Below are positions 1 to 12,959 of a stretch of 64,000 bases of DNA, piece by piece. A program made the position numbers and the translations under genes. Under the pieces are notes generated by a model that searched no databases, was not told the DNA's origin, and saw only the letters and a program-made list of their open reading frames with translations. Origin of the DNA: Chrysomallon squamiferum. Its lineage: Eukaryota > Animalia > Mollusca. Location of the stretch: the NCBI GenBank assembly GCA_012295275.1, contig CM022676.1, positions 13,330,001-13,394,000 of the forward strand, in the 5' to 3' direction. Position 1 is the stretch's first letter. Each line of letters begins with the position of its first letter.

Positions 1-3000
1 GTTCGTTACACTGGTACCAACCTGAAACCCTACAATTTGGAAAGATTTCTAAACTAATGAAATTTGTGAAAGCCTTCCATCTAAAGATTGTCATATAATG
101 AGTATGACGAGTTGTGAATAATGTTCATTATAAAATAGCATTATGTATTATGATTATAAAGAACATATAGATTAATATTTACAGCTGCTGCTGCCTGTTA
201 GTTATATTTTCTGTGACGTTAATATGATACTCAAAGTGTAATTAACCTAGCTCAGGGCTTTATTAAAATAACTGGAGCATCACTGAAGAATACCTAGAGA
301 TTACTGTGATTTCAGGAATTCCCTAAAAGTTTTAGAATTTTGTAATTTTACTGTAAGAAATACTCCATAGGTATAGATTATAATGCACAAAAATCTTGCA
401 GTTTAGTTCTACTGCATGTCAGCAACTTTTTTTTTGTTCTGCTACTAGTTTAAATACAAAAAGATCATATACTAGTTCAGTTTAGCTTATCGTATCAGCC
501 TGTAACTTATTTACTGGCCTTCAATGAAAATATTACAACAGAAGGAATATGATCAAGACATAATTTACAAATCAAAACTGGAGTAAGAAATATAAAGAGA
601 AATTAAAAAATAATAATAATAAGGAAGTAAAGAAAAAATGGAAACGATTTTTTGTACTCAAAATAAGCTGTATTATAATTATAGTGTATACAGTATAGTG
701 GTGGGTGTGTATGGGTGTGTACGATATATACAGGCCTCCTTTTTTTGTTTTTTGTTTTTCCATCTGTTTTATAAATGCGGAAAAATACTTTTATCATATC
801 AAAGTGACTTTATATATATTTATATTTGCAACAGCAGCAAAATATTCTGCTAACAAGACGTAGACATTACTCTGAACCGTGACTTGTGCTTCGAATCGAT
901 AATTACTGCATAATAAACCTTAAAACGAACCTAGCTGTTTTAGTGTTTAGTCTTTTAATTTATCGAATGCCAGTTTGGTTGTTGATATTTAAAATAAAGG
1001 CAAAATAAGACATGAATACAACATAAAGAAAGAAAGAAATTGAAACTTAAATACAAATTACGTACCACAACTGGTTTTCTTACCTCTTTACCAAACTGAC
1101 CCTCGACAAAATAAATAGGTTTTCCACGACCTTCACCTTGTACCAAATCAATTACGTATTCTCGGCCCAGAGTTAGGTTACTTCAGCCGGTATTTATTAT
1201 ATTATTTATTTATTTGTAGATGACTGTGCAGTGACTTCTCTATTGATGTTTTAAATATAAACTTAGAACTGAGAGCAGTGATTTTTACGGTAGGGAATAC
1301 TTAATTTGGAAAAAGTTTACTTAATGTCTTACCATAACGATTCACCACTGAAAATGAATGTTTTGTATCCCCCTATCATCTAAGGATGGAAATGGTAACG
1401 AGAAAGTCATAAAAAAACAAATTCAAAAACTTCAGATGCTTCACTCCTTGTACAATGGAACGCTAAAGGCATCTGCAACAAGAACTAAAGGCCGCGGTGT
1501 ACATCTTTCCGTGAAAGGTTGTCGTCTGCATCAAGAAAGCCCTTTGGCAAAAGTTCACCGAGGGTGTAGGCTACAAGCTCTTCCGACATTACATAGCTGG
1601 GTGTCCGGATCCCCCGTCAAATGTGAAAAGTGCCCCTTTTACTTAGTATTTTTAGATTTTTTACAATTTTATTTTTTCACCCTTCCCACTTTGTTTATTA
1701 TATAATTTGAAATATATGATTTATTATAAAGCGCAGAAATTCTTACTGAAAAAGCGCACACCTCAAAAAATATCACTGTTTTTACAAAGCTTCTGTCCAA
1801 TAGGTATTTATTCTTAGTCATAATAATTTAACTGAATTAGGTCAAAAGAGCCCAAATTTTAACAAAGCGCACAAACTCGGTAATTTAGCGCACAGTCTCC
1901 TAAAAAAGTGTCCAATTGTGCGCGAAAGACGCACAGTTGGCAACACTGGCCAATAACAATTTTCATAAACTGCCGCCCGTATCATCCTGCCGCCCTAGGC
2001 TATAGCCTAGAAAGCCTATATGGGAAATCAGGTATTGGCTATAACGTCCACTACAATGACTGTCTGAAAACATGACGTCACGGAAAAAGAAGCGCGATTT
2101 GATTATTCTATCAAAATGCCACGAAGAGCACGTCGATTACTCGTGGAGAAATGTACAATGGCACAAAGTGATAAGCTCTGCAAAACAACAGAACAGTGCT
2201 CTTACCCCCAAATCTACATTGATTAGATGAATATCCCGTTTTTTTCTACACTAGTATATCATGGGTTGAAAAATTATTTCAAAACTCACCTTTCAAGGGC
2301 AAGTGTTAGTTGCATTGTTGTTTGCCTTGTCTATCAAAAAACACTGTATATAAATATAAGAATAATGCAGTTGCAAGCATAATATATATATAGTTATAAA
2401 TTGATTTACTAGTATACCAACGTATTATTATTATTATATTATATTAAGCAACCAAAATTTAAAATTTGTATTTAACATTTTAATATTTGTTTTTCTATCG
2501 CAAAGACAAAACGGCCGATAAAGCTGATATTTCAAAGAATAAAACTAACAATAACTACCACAAATGGCAAAAAACAACCATACCTGTAGTTATTAATAAT
2601 CAAATTTCAATAACGGCATATGTCATATTTTGATTTTTCGTAAATAATAAGTTTTCGAAAGAAACACTTTAGAAAAACCTCGTCAATATCAATTTTTTTC
2701 AAATCATCCGTCTTATAAAGTATAGTACAAGTGAATTTACAGATAGTGATTGTGCTCCACCTATTTATAAAAACTTTCGGGTGTAATAACAAAATATTTG
2801 TATAATCGTCCATGTACTGTAACTCTAGTTTTATCTCATTCGTACACAATCAGTGAAATTACAAACATTTTATAGGTCAGTATAAGTCGTATTAAACTTC
2901 TCATAGGAGTCAGGTCCATAGAGACAGATGTTGAACAGTCTGAATCTTGTATTGACAATGCTAAAAATGGAACTGATAATCCACCAATTGCAACGTGATA

Positions 3001-3149
3001 CGTTGCAGATATAGTCAACAAACGTGTAACATTGTCAAGAATAAGTGCTGATGTAAAACTAAAATACATTGAAAATTACTTTAACTCTGCGTCAAGTTGT
3101 AAACATTTTTGTTAACACATAGAGAAGAAGGGATGCAGTAGTAATTCCA

Positions 3150-4800
3150 AAACATTAAAATTTCAATCGCCGTGTTAAAGCAATACATATGGTTGGTTTG
3201 CATTCTGTCAGATGCTGGAAGAAAACAAGGAATCCTAAATACACATGGCAACTAGAATATCACAAAAATGCTGTCACTGAATATTCAGATTATGTTCAAT
3301 CAACAAAAAGTCCAGGTCGTTATACTGATGCTTAGCTAAATGAAAATAAAATAAAATAAAATAAACAAAGCAATTAGTCATATCCTGAAAAGTATCACTG
3401 AAGCGCTAATATTTTGTGGAAAACAAAATATTGTCTTTCGTGGTCATAGAGATTACATGTCAAGAACAAGTAGCAATACCGGTAATGTCCTAGCAACGCT
3501 AACTCTTTTGGCCACACGTGATCCAATCCTGAAGGAACATCTTCTCAACATGGTTAAAAATGGGTCGTTATACATCCTAGATAACTGAGAATGAGATCAT
3601 AAATATTATCAAATAGTATTTGAGAAATAAAATGACTGCTGAGTTAACTGAAGCGAAACATTCCAAGAATTTTTCTGCAATTGCTGTTGAAGTGACGGAC
3701 TCAACGACCAACAAGGAGTTTTGTTAATGTGCTTAGGGTTTCTCGTTGGTGGTGAATTTGAAAACGTTGAGATTGCTGAGATATTCGTACATGTTGTTCA
3801 GTTAGAGACAATGCTATTGCTGATGACATTTTGAAATCATTGCGTGAAATCTCCGATGGCACGTCTTCTATGTCATCCTCAGTTAAAGGTGTAAATGGAA
3901 TAATAAAATAATTCGCACCTTTCACATTATTCTCGCACTACAAAAATCACATACTGAATATGACATCACAAACATGATTGGTTCCTTGAATGAAATGTTT
4001 ATTTTTTTATTTTTTATTTTTTATTTTTTTCAAATTCGCTGAAGCGATAGTAATTTTTTGAGAAGGTACTATCCAATACCGATAATGATTGTAACATCAG
4101 AAATAATAATAAAAGAAATTGAGGGTTTATGCCAAACTCGATGGGTGGAAAGACATGACTATTATGAAACGTTCTTGGAATTAATCGTGCCTTTGGTAAC
4201 AACATGAGCTACAATTTTAAGACCACGTGACTACGAACATATATATGTTGGAGAAATGTGGTTCTGGGGCCTAGAATCACGGACCAAGGCTCCAGGACTT
4301 TATTCAACTCTTCAATCATTGGACTTTCTCATTTCATTTGTTACTGCAAAGAAATCTTTAGAAATAATTCGATCAATTGCAACTAAACTACAGCTAAGGA
4401 ATTTACATTCATTTGAAGCATAGACAATGATAGATGAAACGATATAAGAACTTCGTCACGATGTAGAATCGGAGTTCAGAGAGTGGTGGAACAGTTTCCA
4501 AACCTCAGACAAGTCAACGACAAGGCCACAGAAACAACTCGCGAGCCGTTAGATTACTACAGAAAAAGACTTAGCTATTCCATTTTTGGACCATTTACAG
4601 TATGAAATGGAGACACATTTTGACAGTGAAACCAGGACATGCTTCCATATTTGAACTCATACCAAAATGACTGTTTAAACAAGAGAACATATCAGATCTT
4701 TGTAATCAGCTACTCTTTTGGCAAAACGACTTCACAATCACTTTATACTGAAATCAAATTCAGGAAATCGCATAATTCCAAATACGAAGTTCAGCCATAC
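3150..4800 (+). mobile_element. Degenerate hAT-superfamily (DUF4371/Tip100, ZMYM1/THAP12-like) transposase relic
   Basis: Fragments read ILKSITEALIFCGKQNIVFRGHRD (~3380-3452), NTGNVLATLTLLATRDPILKEHL, FSAIAVEVTD, TRWVERHD (~4136) and YYRKRLAIPFLDHL (~4555). These are typical hAT transposase motifs, broken by stops and frameshifts. Boundaries approximate. Confidence 0.75.
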
Positions 4801-4812
4801 AATCTGATCGAT

Positions 4813-5520
4813 TTTAGGACAATTGCCCCCATCTGCGACCGATGAGGCTGTCCTCAAAGTACTCCAGTACTGGTAACACAGAGTCATAACAATCAGCTTC
4901 TGATTGTGCTTCAGAAGTTGTCTTCAGTTCATCCACTGGAAGGGATGCAATTGCAAACTCTTCATAAGTATCGTAACAAACTGCCAGACCAATGAGTTGA
5001 ATTTGGTGTCTGATGCATTGGCTCAAATGAAAGAAGCATCCAGTCACAATACAGTTTAGCTTTACAGACGTGTTGCCGTCTTCCTTCATACTCGTAAGAA
5101 ATCACTCGACCACTGAGTTCCTTCTTTAAAGCTAATTAATACACAGAGTTTTTGAAGGCAAATTTTCGATGACCACACTCTGACTAAGTGAACTTCATCT
5201 TATAAAATAGAATATCTTTTGTTACATGGCAGGACCTTATGTACTGTGTCATTGATCACTTGCCAAATCAAAGGAATCTTTAGCATTTAATTAGCATGAA
5301 TTAGTAATTAGCTGACTCTAATTAGCTTTGACTAATTTAATGGAAGTAGTAATCCAGATGCCTTTAATTAGCTTTAAAGAAACACTTTGACTAATGTATT
5401 GGAATGTTGCTTGAAAATCATTCTGAATGGTATATCTGAAGAAAAATAGGGGAGGTCGTACAGGGGGCTATTGTCCTGGGGGAGTTGTCGGGGATTCATT
5501 GTCCGGGGGGGGCAACTGTG
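4813..5520 (-). mobile_element. Mutator-like (MULE) transposon fragment
   Basis: ORF 4814-5089 contains GCFFHLSQCI...LEYFEDSLIG, the MULE C(2)H region after the DDE core. It is flanked by inverted motifs aggacaattgcccc (~4816) and ggggctattgtcct (~5464), plus G-rich ttgtc repeats. Confidence 0.7.
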
Positions 5521-5574
5521 GGAAGCTGTGAAGCAGAATATTCGTTTTCAGGACTGAGATGGATAAATACATAC

Positions 5575-8427
5575 GGGTCATTCCGTGTCAAATCACCCAA
5601 AAAAAAAAGAAATTTAAACCCGACTGTCTCAGATTTTTATAAAACTTGGTATACTTGTTGACTGGGATCCCACAGCACCAAATCTGAAATTTTAGCCCAA
5701 TCAGACCAGTGGTGTGGGAGATATGGCCCGCCGAATTTTGAGATTTTTGCCAAAAATGGGTGTGACCACCAACCTTAGAACCCTCATATCTCAGGAACTA
5801 CTGGGCCAATCTTCATAAAATTGGTATTGTTAGAAAGGCAAAACGACAAGGATACCAAATCTGCCATTTTTGTTTAGTTTGGAAAATATTGGAGTACCTT
5901 GACCTTTTGACCTTTGCTATGACCTTGAAATTGACCGTGTGGATCACGTGAACTTGAGATGACCTTTATTGAAATTTAATCTCCCACATGTTAACTAAAA
6001 CATATAAAAGTTTCCTGGGTGTAATATTTTTTGTTTAGCCACAATATAGATTTAAAAAATGCACATACATGAAAATAACACCTTTTCAGTCATTAACATC
6101 TGATTAACTAAAACCTGAATGATCAATTCTGGATGCTAGGGATCACCATCTTTCTTGATCATTGAGTAAGACATTGTAGGCCTACATGTATGCATAAAGT
6201 TCACATATAAAAGTTTCCTGGGTATAATATTTTTTGTTTAGCCATAATAGAGATTTAAAAAAATGCATACCTGCATGGATGATTGATACAATTCATTACA
6301 ATGTACATTTTCTCTGAGACTAAAAACTCATCTTTGGAGTTAAAACCCACCTGACATGTCTGAAGGAATGCCTGAAGGATATGAAAAGATGCCAAATGGC
6401 ATGACATGTTCTACACAATCAGGCTCAAAGGGTTAACAGGAAGTGATGCTTCAGGCAGGTCAGGAACTCCTTTAGATTCCCTGGTGCAATCCCCATTGAG
6501 CACATGGCAATTAGAAGTTTAAGACAAAGAAGTTTCTTCATCTGCATTTCTTTGACAATCTGAAGCTTTTTAAGTTGGACACAATGTCAGATGTTGATAT
6601 ATAAACAATATTTTTATTTCATAAAACCTATTAAGTAATTTTATTATGTCATATGGGCCTTGCCATTGGTTTTGAACAAGGTTTCAGTCAACAACAGTAC
6701 AACCCAGTCTGAAATCAGACGTCATCAAGTGATGTACTGCATAATGTATTTGTACACCCAGTCTTCGGCACAGAGTATGAACAAGGTCTACTTCACCTTA
6801 ATAAACTGTGATTTATACTTGAGAAGATTGACATAAATGCCCAAAACTTGTGGGCCTTTGGCAATAACACATGTACTCTGCTGCCATTTTATGACCTGCT
6901 TTACTTTACTGAAAGGGTTTCAGGATTTGATTTAATATTTAGGAAAGCACTGACTTTGTTCTATTGAATTGAAGGTGCAGGCCAATACTGAAAATCCTTA
7001 TTTCTTTCAGGGCTAACTGCAGCTTTAACTCTCCTGAAAATGTGTGTTATCAACACCATCATATCAAAAAGGAGTTGTTGCGAAGTGTATGGAAAACTGA
7101 GGAAGTCGAACTCCTCACTCTTTGAAGTGGGATCAAAACACGGGACATCAAGAGTATCATGAACAAGAACTTTTCATGAAATTTTCAACACTGCAGAAAA
7201 ACTGTTGTGATCCTCTTAATTGCCACCCTGAGCAAGCACGCACTAGATCTTTAAGAATTGTTAGCATGGGCACTTACAAATGCTTAGTAAATCCTCCAAA
7301 GACACTAGTGCCAGGAGACAAGTTGTGCTGTGACTCTCTGATTACCCTTCAGAAATCAAAGGTCCTGCAGAGGATGGCTTTAGTATGGGTGGTATTACAA
7401 TGGGAGAATTTGGTGATAACTTGCCAGACAAACCACTGGTTGTTGTTTCCCCAGAAAAGGACTTTGATTTGAATTCTATTCTGTCAAGTTTAGGCAAAAC
7501 TCCTGTCAAACTCCATTCACCAGCACATTCCCGTAAATGAATGAAAGGACAGAAAAAAACTAGCATCAGCTACAGTAACATTAAAATGACATCTTAATGT
7601 CTGAATCCTACCCAGAACGTGTGCAAATCTTGATTTTGTCACCTTTTACCATTGAAAGGACAATGAATTGAAGGAGGAAATAATCCAATTTTATGAAAGT
7701 GATGAGAACAGTAGAATGTGTCTGGGAATGAAGGATACAGTGAGCATTTGAAACGAACATAGTGAAAAGGTTATGCATCAGAAACACTTAGTTCTCTCAA
7801 ATTTATGTGAACTTTATGCATACATGTAGGCCTACAATGTCTTACTCGATGATCAAGAAAGATGGTGATCCCTAGCATCCAGAATTGATCATTCAGGTTT
7901 TAGTTAATCAGATGTTAATGGCTGAAAAGGTGTTATTTTCATGTATGTGCATTTTTTAAATCTATATTGTGGCTAAACAAAAAATATTACACCCAGGAAA
8001 CTTTTATATGTTTTAGTTAACATGTGGGAGATTAAATTTCAATAAAGGTCATCTCAAGTTCACGTGATCCACACGGTCAATTTCAAGGTCATAGCAAAGG
8101 TCAAAAGGTCAAGGTACTCCAATATTTTCCAAACTAAACAAAAATGGCAGATTTGGTATCCTTGTCGTTTTGCCTTTCTAACAATACCAATTTTATGAAG
8201 ATTGGCCCAGTAGTTCCTGAGATATGAGGGTTCTAAGGTTGGTGGTCACACCCATTTTTGGCAAAAATCTCAAAATTCGGCGGGCCGTATCTCCCACACC
8301 ACTGGTCTGATTGAGCTAAAATTTCAGATTTGGTGCTGTGGGATCCCAGTCAACAAGTATACCAAGTTTCATAAAAATCTGAGACGGTCGGGTTTAAACC
8401 ATTGGGTGATTTGACACGGAATGACCC
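5575..8427 (+). mobile_element. Sola2-type DNA transposon, non-autonomous/deleted, ~610-bp TIRs
   Basis: Termini gggtcattccgtgtcaaatcaccc...gggtgatttgacacggaatgaccc. TIRs ~5575-6190 and ~7820-8427 are nearly identical. 4-bp TSD ATAC at 5571-5574 and 8428-8431. Internal remnant IIQFYESDENSRMCLGMKDTVSI*..HQKHLVLSNLCELYA (~7680-7820). GRG termini, long TIRs and a 4-bp TSD match Sola2. Confidence 0.8.
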
Positions 8428-9299
8428 ATACACAAGAAACCGCATGACCTCTGAACGACTAGCAGACTTAGCTTTAATACACATGCATCATGACATTAAA
8501 ATCGATGTAGACAGTACAGCAGACATTTTCATTAACAAAGTCAATAGACGACCAATTGCCAGCAGCATTCCTTTTGATTAAACTACAACACTCAAGTCTA
8601 TTTGATATTCCCGAAAATGTACGTGACAGTGATGGTATTTTTCCTTTGAACTTTTTAAAATGTTATATTAAACTTTAGTGGTCACAATAATCCACTTCTT
8701 CAGTACGTGTGCTATAAGTCTGATATTAAAACTTTTATTTTTATTCTTTGTGGATGTATTTTGTTGTACAATCAACTATTTTGAACTGTTAGAGATAAGT
8801 ACATGTAATTGCATTTAATCAAACATTGCATAACTTATGTGTACAAATTAAAGAAACGTTCTCTAAAAGTTTTTCGTGTATATGCACTTATTAGAAACAA
8901 TTCAGTTCTGTCTCGCACCTGCAGTGTATTCATTTTCTGATCTCAGTGTACATTTATCTAAGTTGCAGAAAAACACTCTACACACCATTTTCAAATGACT
9001 ACAGGGCTCCCGCTGCCTGCACAAAAATGCGCAAGCGCTGTATAACTCACGTGATATTTGAACGATCATAACCGTTTGGATTTGTTCGAATACCATGTTA
9101 ATTTAATATTATAAAATTATATTTCTGTCACTGTATAGAACACTGTAGAGTACGCTGCCACCGGCCCTGTTGTAGTAATGATTCTCGTGCACAGTGTGTG
9201 TAGTTTTTCAATAGCTCCTTTTCATAATGTAATGGTGCCCTTTTTATCATGGACCCCGCTCCGTCGGAAAAGCTGGATCCGCCCCAGGATAGAACAATG

Positions 9300-9994
9300 T
9301 CACAAAGGAGGAATTCTAAACATTGTTAAAAATACTGTTGAAAACTCAAGATCAAAAGGTGATACAGAGTTCATAACAATCAAGAACTGGAGCTAACTGT
9401 GACAAGAAGATACAAAAACCTACATACCCTTCAACTAACGGCCAATGGACTACTTCTGGTTGGATATTTTAAAAGGCTCTCACCCAGCTGGGGATACACT
9501 GAACTCGACAAACGTGGCGAGCAAATTCTGATCAAAAAGCCAAATGATAAACCAACCTGTCTTGCAATATCCTGGGAGACAACAAATATCCCTCACATTG
9601 CCATAGCCACATATGACATCTAAATGAGTGTAACTAGAAAGACACACAGAATCAATCTAGTAAAACTGAGAGAGGGAGTCACACAAAGAGGCTCTTTTCG
9701 TCAACACTCTTAATCAACGTCTCTCAACAGGTATCCTTGCCGAAACTCTGATCCCATGGACATCCTTTGAACACATCGACACACCAAACATCAATATACA
9801 TACTGCCATGAATACTGTCTCTGAGTTTATCAAAAAAAAAAAAAAACCCATAAAATTAGAACTGGCCATCTGATTTTCCCTTTCAACAAAGAAAGAACAA
9901 TATAACTTAGATGTCTAAGGTGGAAAGACTTTTCAAAATTATACATCAACTTACTGGACAGAAAGCTTTAAAGGATAGCTCGTTAGAATAATGG

Positions 9995-10044
<50 letters not shown>

Positions 10045-10240
10045 CTATGTTGAAGAGGTTAGCTGGCACAAAATGGGAACCGAAAAGATCCCCACCCAAG
10101 TCTCTACAGGTGATATTCGACCACACCCAGAATAAGCTTTCCCAGCACGGACCATAGCAATAAAAACAAAAAGAAAGGCCAGCAAAAAGTCCAAAATGTC
10201 AGCATGTCTCAGCGATGAAAGAATCTACTAAACATTTTCT
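9300..10240 (+). mobile_element. Degenerate non-LTR retrotransposon (RT-domain relic)
   Basis: LREGVTQRG (GVPQG-like, ~9666) and MLKRLAGTKW...STGDIRPH (~10048-10125), typical of LINE RT C-terminal regions. Many stops; interrupted by (GT)n. Confidence 0.6.
9996..10042. repeat. (GT)n microsatellite
   Basis: Perfect dinucleotide run. Confidence 0.95.
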
Positions 10241-10974
10241 GAGCATGTCTTTGTGAATCAGAAGAAGGAGAAAATACTTTGGGTTGCAATTAAGTATTTG
10301 TCTATTTGAGGTATTCTAAAACTATTAAAAAGTTATGTATTTTCATGCTGGATTAGCTCTTTTTCTGCCATGTCTGTAAGTAGCCCCATTGGAGGCAGAT
10401 ACATTTTTTGATCGCTGGCGTAGCGGCAAATACCTTGTTAATTTTGAGGACCATATTTCTTTCTTTCTTTCTGTTTTTATTTTTTTTATTTTGTTTTACC
10501 CCGTCTGTATTGGCTGCCTGTATCAACCCTCCACACATACTTCGTAATGATGTTTCTGTCAACACTGCATATGTGCTTCTTGTTTGTTAAATAACATTTT
10601 AACATACAACTGGTGATTTCTTGGCGACACACTATCTTTATCGTGGACCTGGAAACATTACTGATTCAGCACAAGTATGTAAAATATCAATCTACATCTG
10701 TCATTTAATATCGTTTAGAGAAACAATTTTTTTGTGCTAAAGAAGCTGAATGACTAAGGCAGCACTAAAGATTTTCTTTTTGTATTTTTTTACTTTTAGG
10801 AATGTGACGAACACTACAGTTTTCTGTCCTCTCTCAAATATAAATCATTAATTTCAAGATTACCTAACATAATTTTTAACTTTCCCTTGGGTAGTGATAA
10901 GATAACTGACGTAAGATGATTGTTTACCATCAGGTTTTCTTCTCATATAAACCTTTAGGATTTTTTAACATGTT

Positions 10975-10987
10975 ACTATTATTGTTA

Positions 10988-11046
<59 letters not shown>
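10975..11046. repeat. (TAT)n microsatellite
   Basis: Trinucleotide run; source of the poly-Leu ORF 10916-11122. Confidence 0.9.
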
Positions 11047-12081
11047 TGCGACCGACTCTACATTTACTCAGTACATTGCTTTAAATCAATTGGTGGCTTC
11101 CTACTTTCAGCAAATGTTTTAAGCTTTCATAGTTTTTAAACTAATGCCACTAACAAACTGAGTGAACTGAATGTCAAAGTAAATTTGGTGTGGATGATTT
11201 CAGAGGCTTAATATTCATATTTTGGAAGATTGTATTCTTAAAATTATGCGATATGTGTTGATGTCAGAACCATGAGGAGAGTTATGTTAGTCAATAAGAA
11301 TTTTCAGTTTTTCAGCAAATTCGGAATTTTGTAATTATTCCATCCCCCCCCTTTAGTCACGAAACTGCCCATCTACAGATTAACATTAAACCTGTAAAAA
11401 CTTGCATGCTAGATGTTTGTTTTGAAGGCATTGGCATTAGGGAATAAATAAGAAATCGAATTTTATTTTGCTAAACAAAACACGAGGAAAGGGGACGCGG
11501 TGGAGGTATTTCTTTACAGTATTTGTTTTTTTAATAAAGTTACTAAAGCACGTGATGAGGAGCTATTAATATTCCAAAACAGTAAAACATAACAGAAGAC
11601 TAAAGAAAAAAAAAAGTTATAGAAAAGAATAAAATGAAGAAACAAAAAGCTTTATTTTGAATTATGAAAAAGTTCACTGTGACGAGTTATGTCGTTAAAC
11701 ATTCAGTTAATGAACATTTGTCAATGTACACCTAATAAAACGTAGTCAGCTAATATCAACGGTACCAAGATAACTTCGTGTCCAGTGTTTGAAAATAGTT
11801 ATAGAGGAAAATATAATTTTTATTCATTAAATAGGATACAAAATGGCTCTTGGTTTGCTTGATGATTTGTTATAGATTAGTGATGGATGGTAAAAAAGAA
11901 AAAAAAAAAAAATAATAATAGTAATAAAATAATAATAATAGAATCTGTCAGTGTACAACGGAATTTTGTTGTTCTTTTAGATTCTTTCAATTATATACAT
12001 AAACCAAAACGAAAAGCTAAATTTGCAGCTTTTGTTTTTTTAACCCCAAATAGGAAAGGAGGGAGATACCTTTTTACTTCT

Positions 12082-12114
<33 letters not shown>

Positions 12115-12847
12115 CATTTTGTTTGTCTAATTTCGACTACAAAGCATATATATTACCAAAGTTATCAGCTACCAAACAGAAATCTTGACAAATATGTTTA
12201 TAAACATTCAAAAATAAAAATACTGCATGTACTTTTCAAAACTATAAACCAGTACATTTTAGTCCACGCGGTGCTTTTTCAGAATAATAATACTAATAAT
12301 ACTAATAATACTAATACTACTGCTACTAATAATAAATTAAAATAAAGAAATTAAAATATGGTTGATTGTACAAGGTTTTACAGATCCAGACTGTGGTATT
12401 TTATATATTAGTTTGTTCTAGAGTCAAACGAACAACGCATAGCAAAATCCCCAGAACAAAACTTCTTATCTGAATTTACGAGCAACGTGTAATAACAATA
12501 ATAATTACAATAATAATAATAATAATAATAATAATAATTACAGTAAAAGGATCCGTTACCAGTCTAATAGCCAGGGCTAAAATTATTATTTTGAACATAC
12601 CAGTGTCGTGAGAGTTATTTCCCATTCGATTATGTGGTATGCCTATCGTATAGATGACGTCGAGTCTGTAACGACTGCTTTCTTCCATAAAACAATGTTT
12701 ACATTTTCCAGAGATCAAGATTTTTACGTTGGAGTATTTATCATTTCTTATTAACGGAACTTTTTTTTTTTTTTTAACATATTTTATTTTATTCATATTT
12801 TATTCATATTTTATTTGAAAACTTATTACAAAGCCTTCAAGTTCCCT

Positions 12848-12959
12848 ATGATGAAATCGAATAATTCGGGAAGAAAAGCCAGAACAACCAGTGGACCAGT
12901 TTTTTGGAGAATGTCTGTGACACTTACTTTATTCTTCAGCCAATTCCAGATTATTTCAG
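12848..12959 (+). CDS. Gene A exon 1, putative signal-peptide exon
   Basis: MMKSNNSGRKARTTSGPVFWRMSVTLTLFFSQFQIIS-G, ending phase 1 at G|gtatta, compatible with the Ig1 exon. Donor is weak. Confidence 0.45.

Noticed and set aside
955-1350. Minus-strand exon-like pieces with GTAAG donors (...VEGQFGKE|gtaag at ~1084; 15-nt cag|TGGTGAATCGTTATG|gtaag at ~1333)
   Set aside because: No recognisable protein and no convincing acceptor for the larger piece. It may belong to a gene leaving the window but cannot be supported.
1358-3069. ORFs 1358-1705, 2607-2849 and 2836-3069, and transposon-end-like motifs at ~1935-2040
   Set aside because: No recognisable domains and no partner TIR found; likely repeat debris.
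10353-12345. Hydrophobic or low-complexity ORFs (poly-Leu, poly-Lys/Asn, CVCV)
   Set aside because: Translations of microsatellites and A/T tracts.
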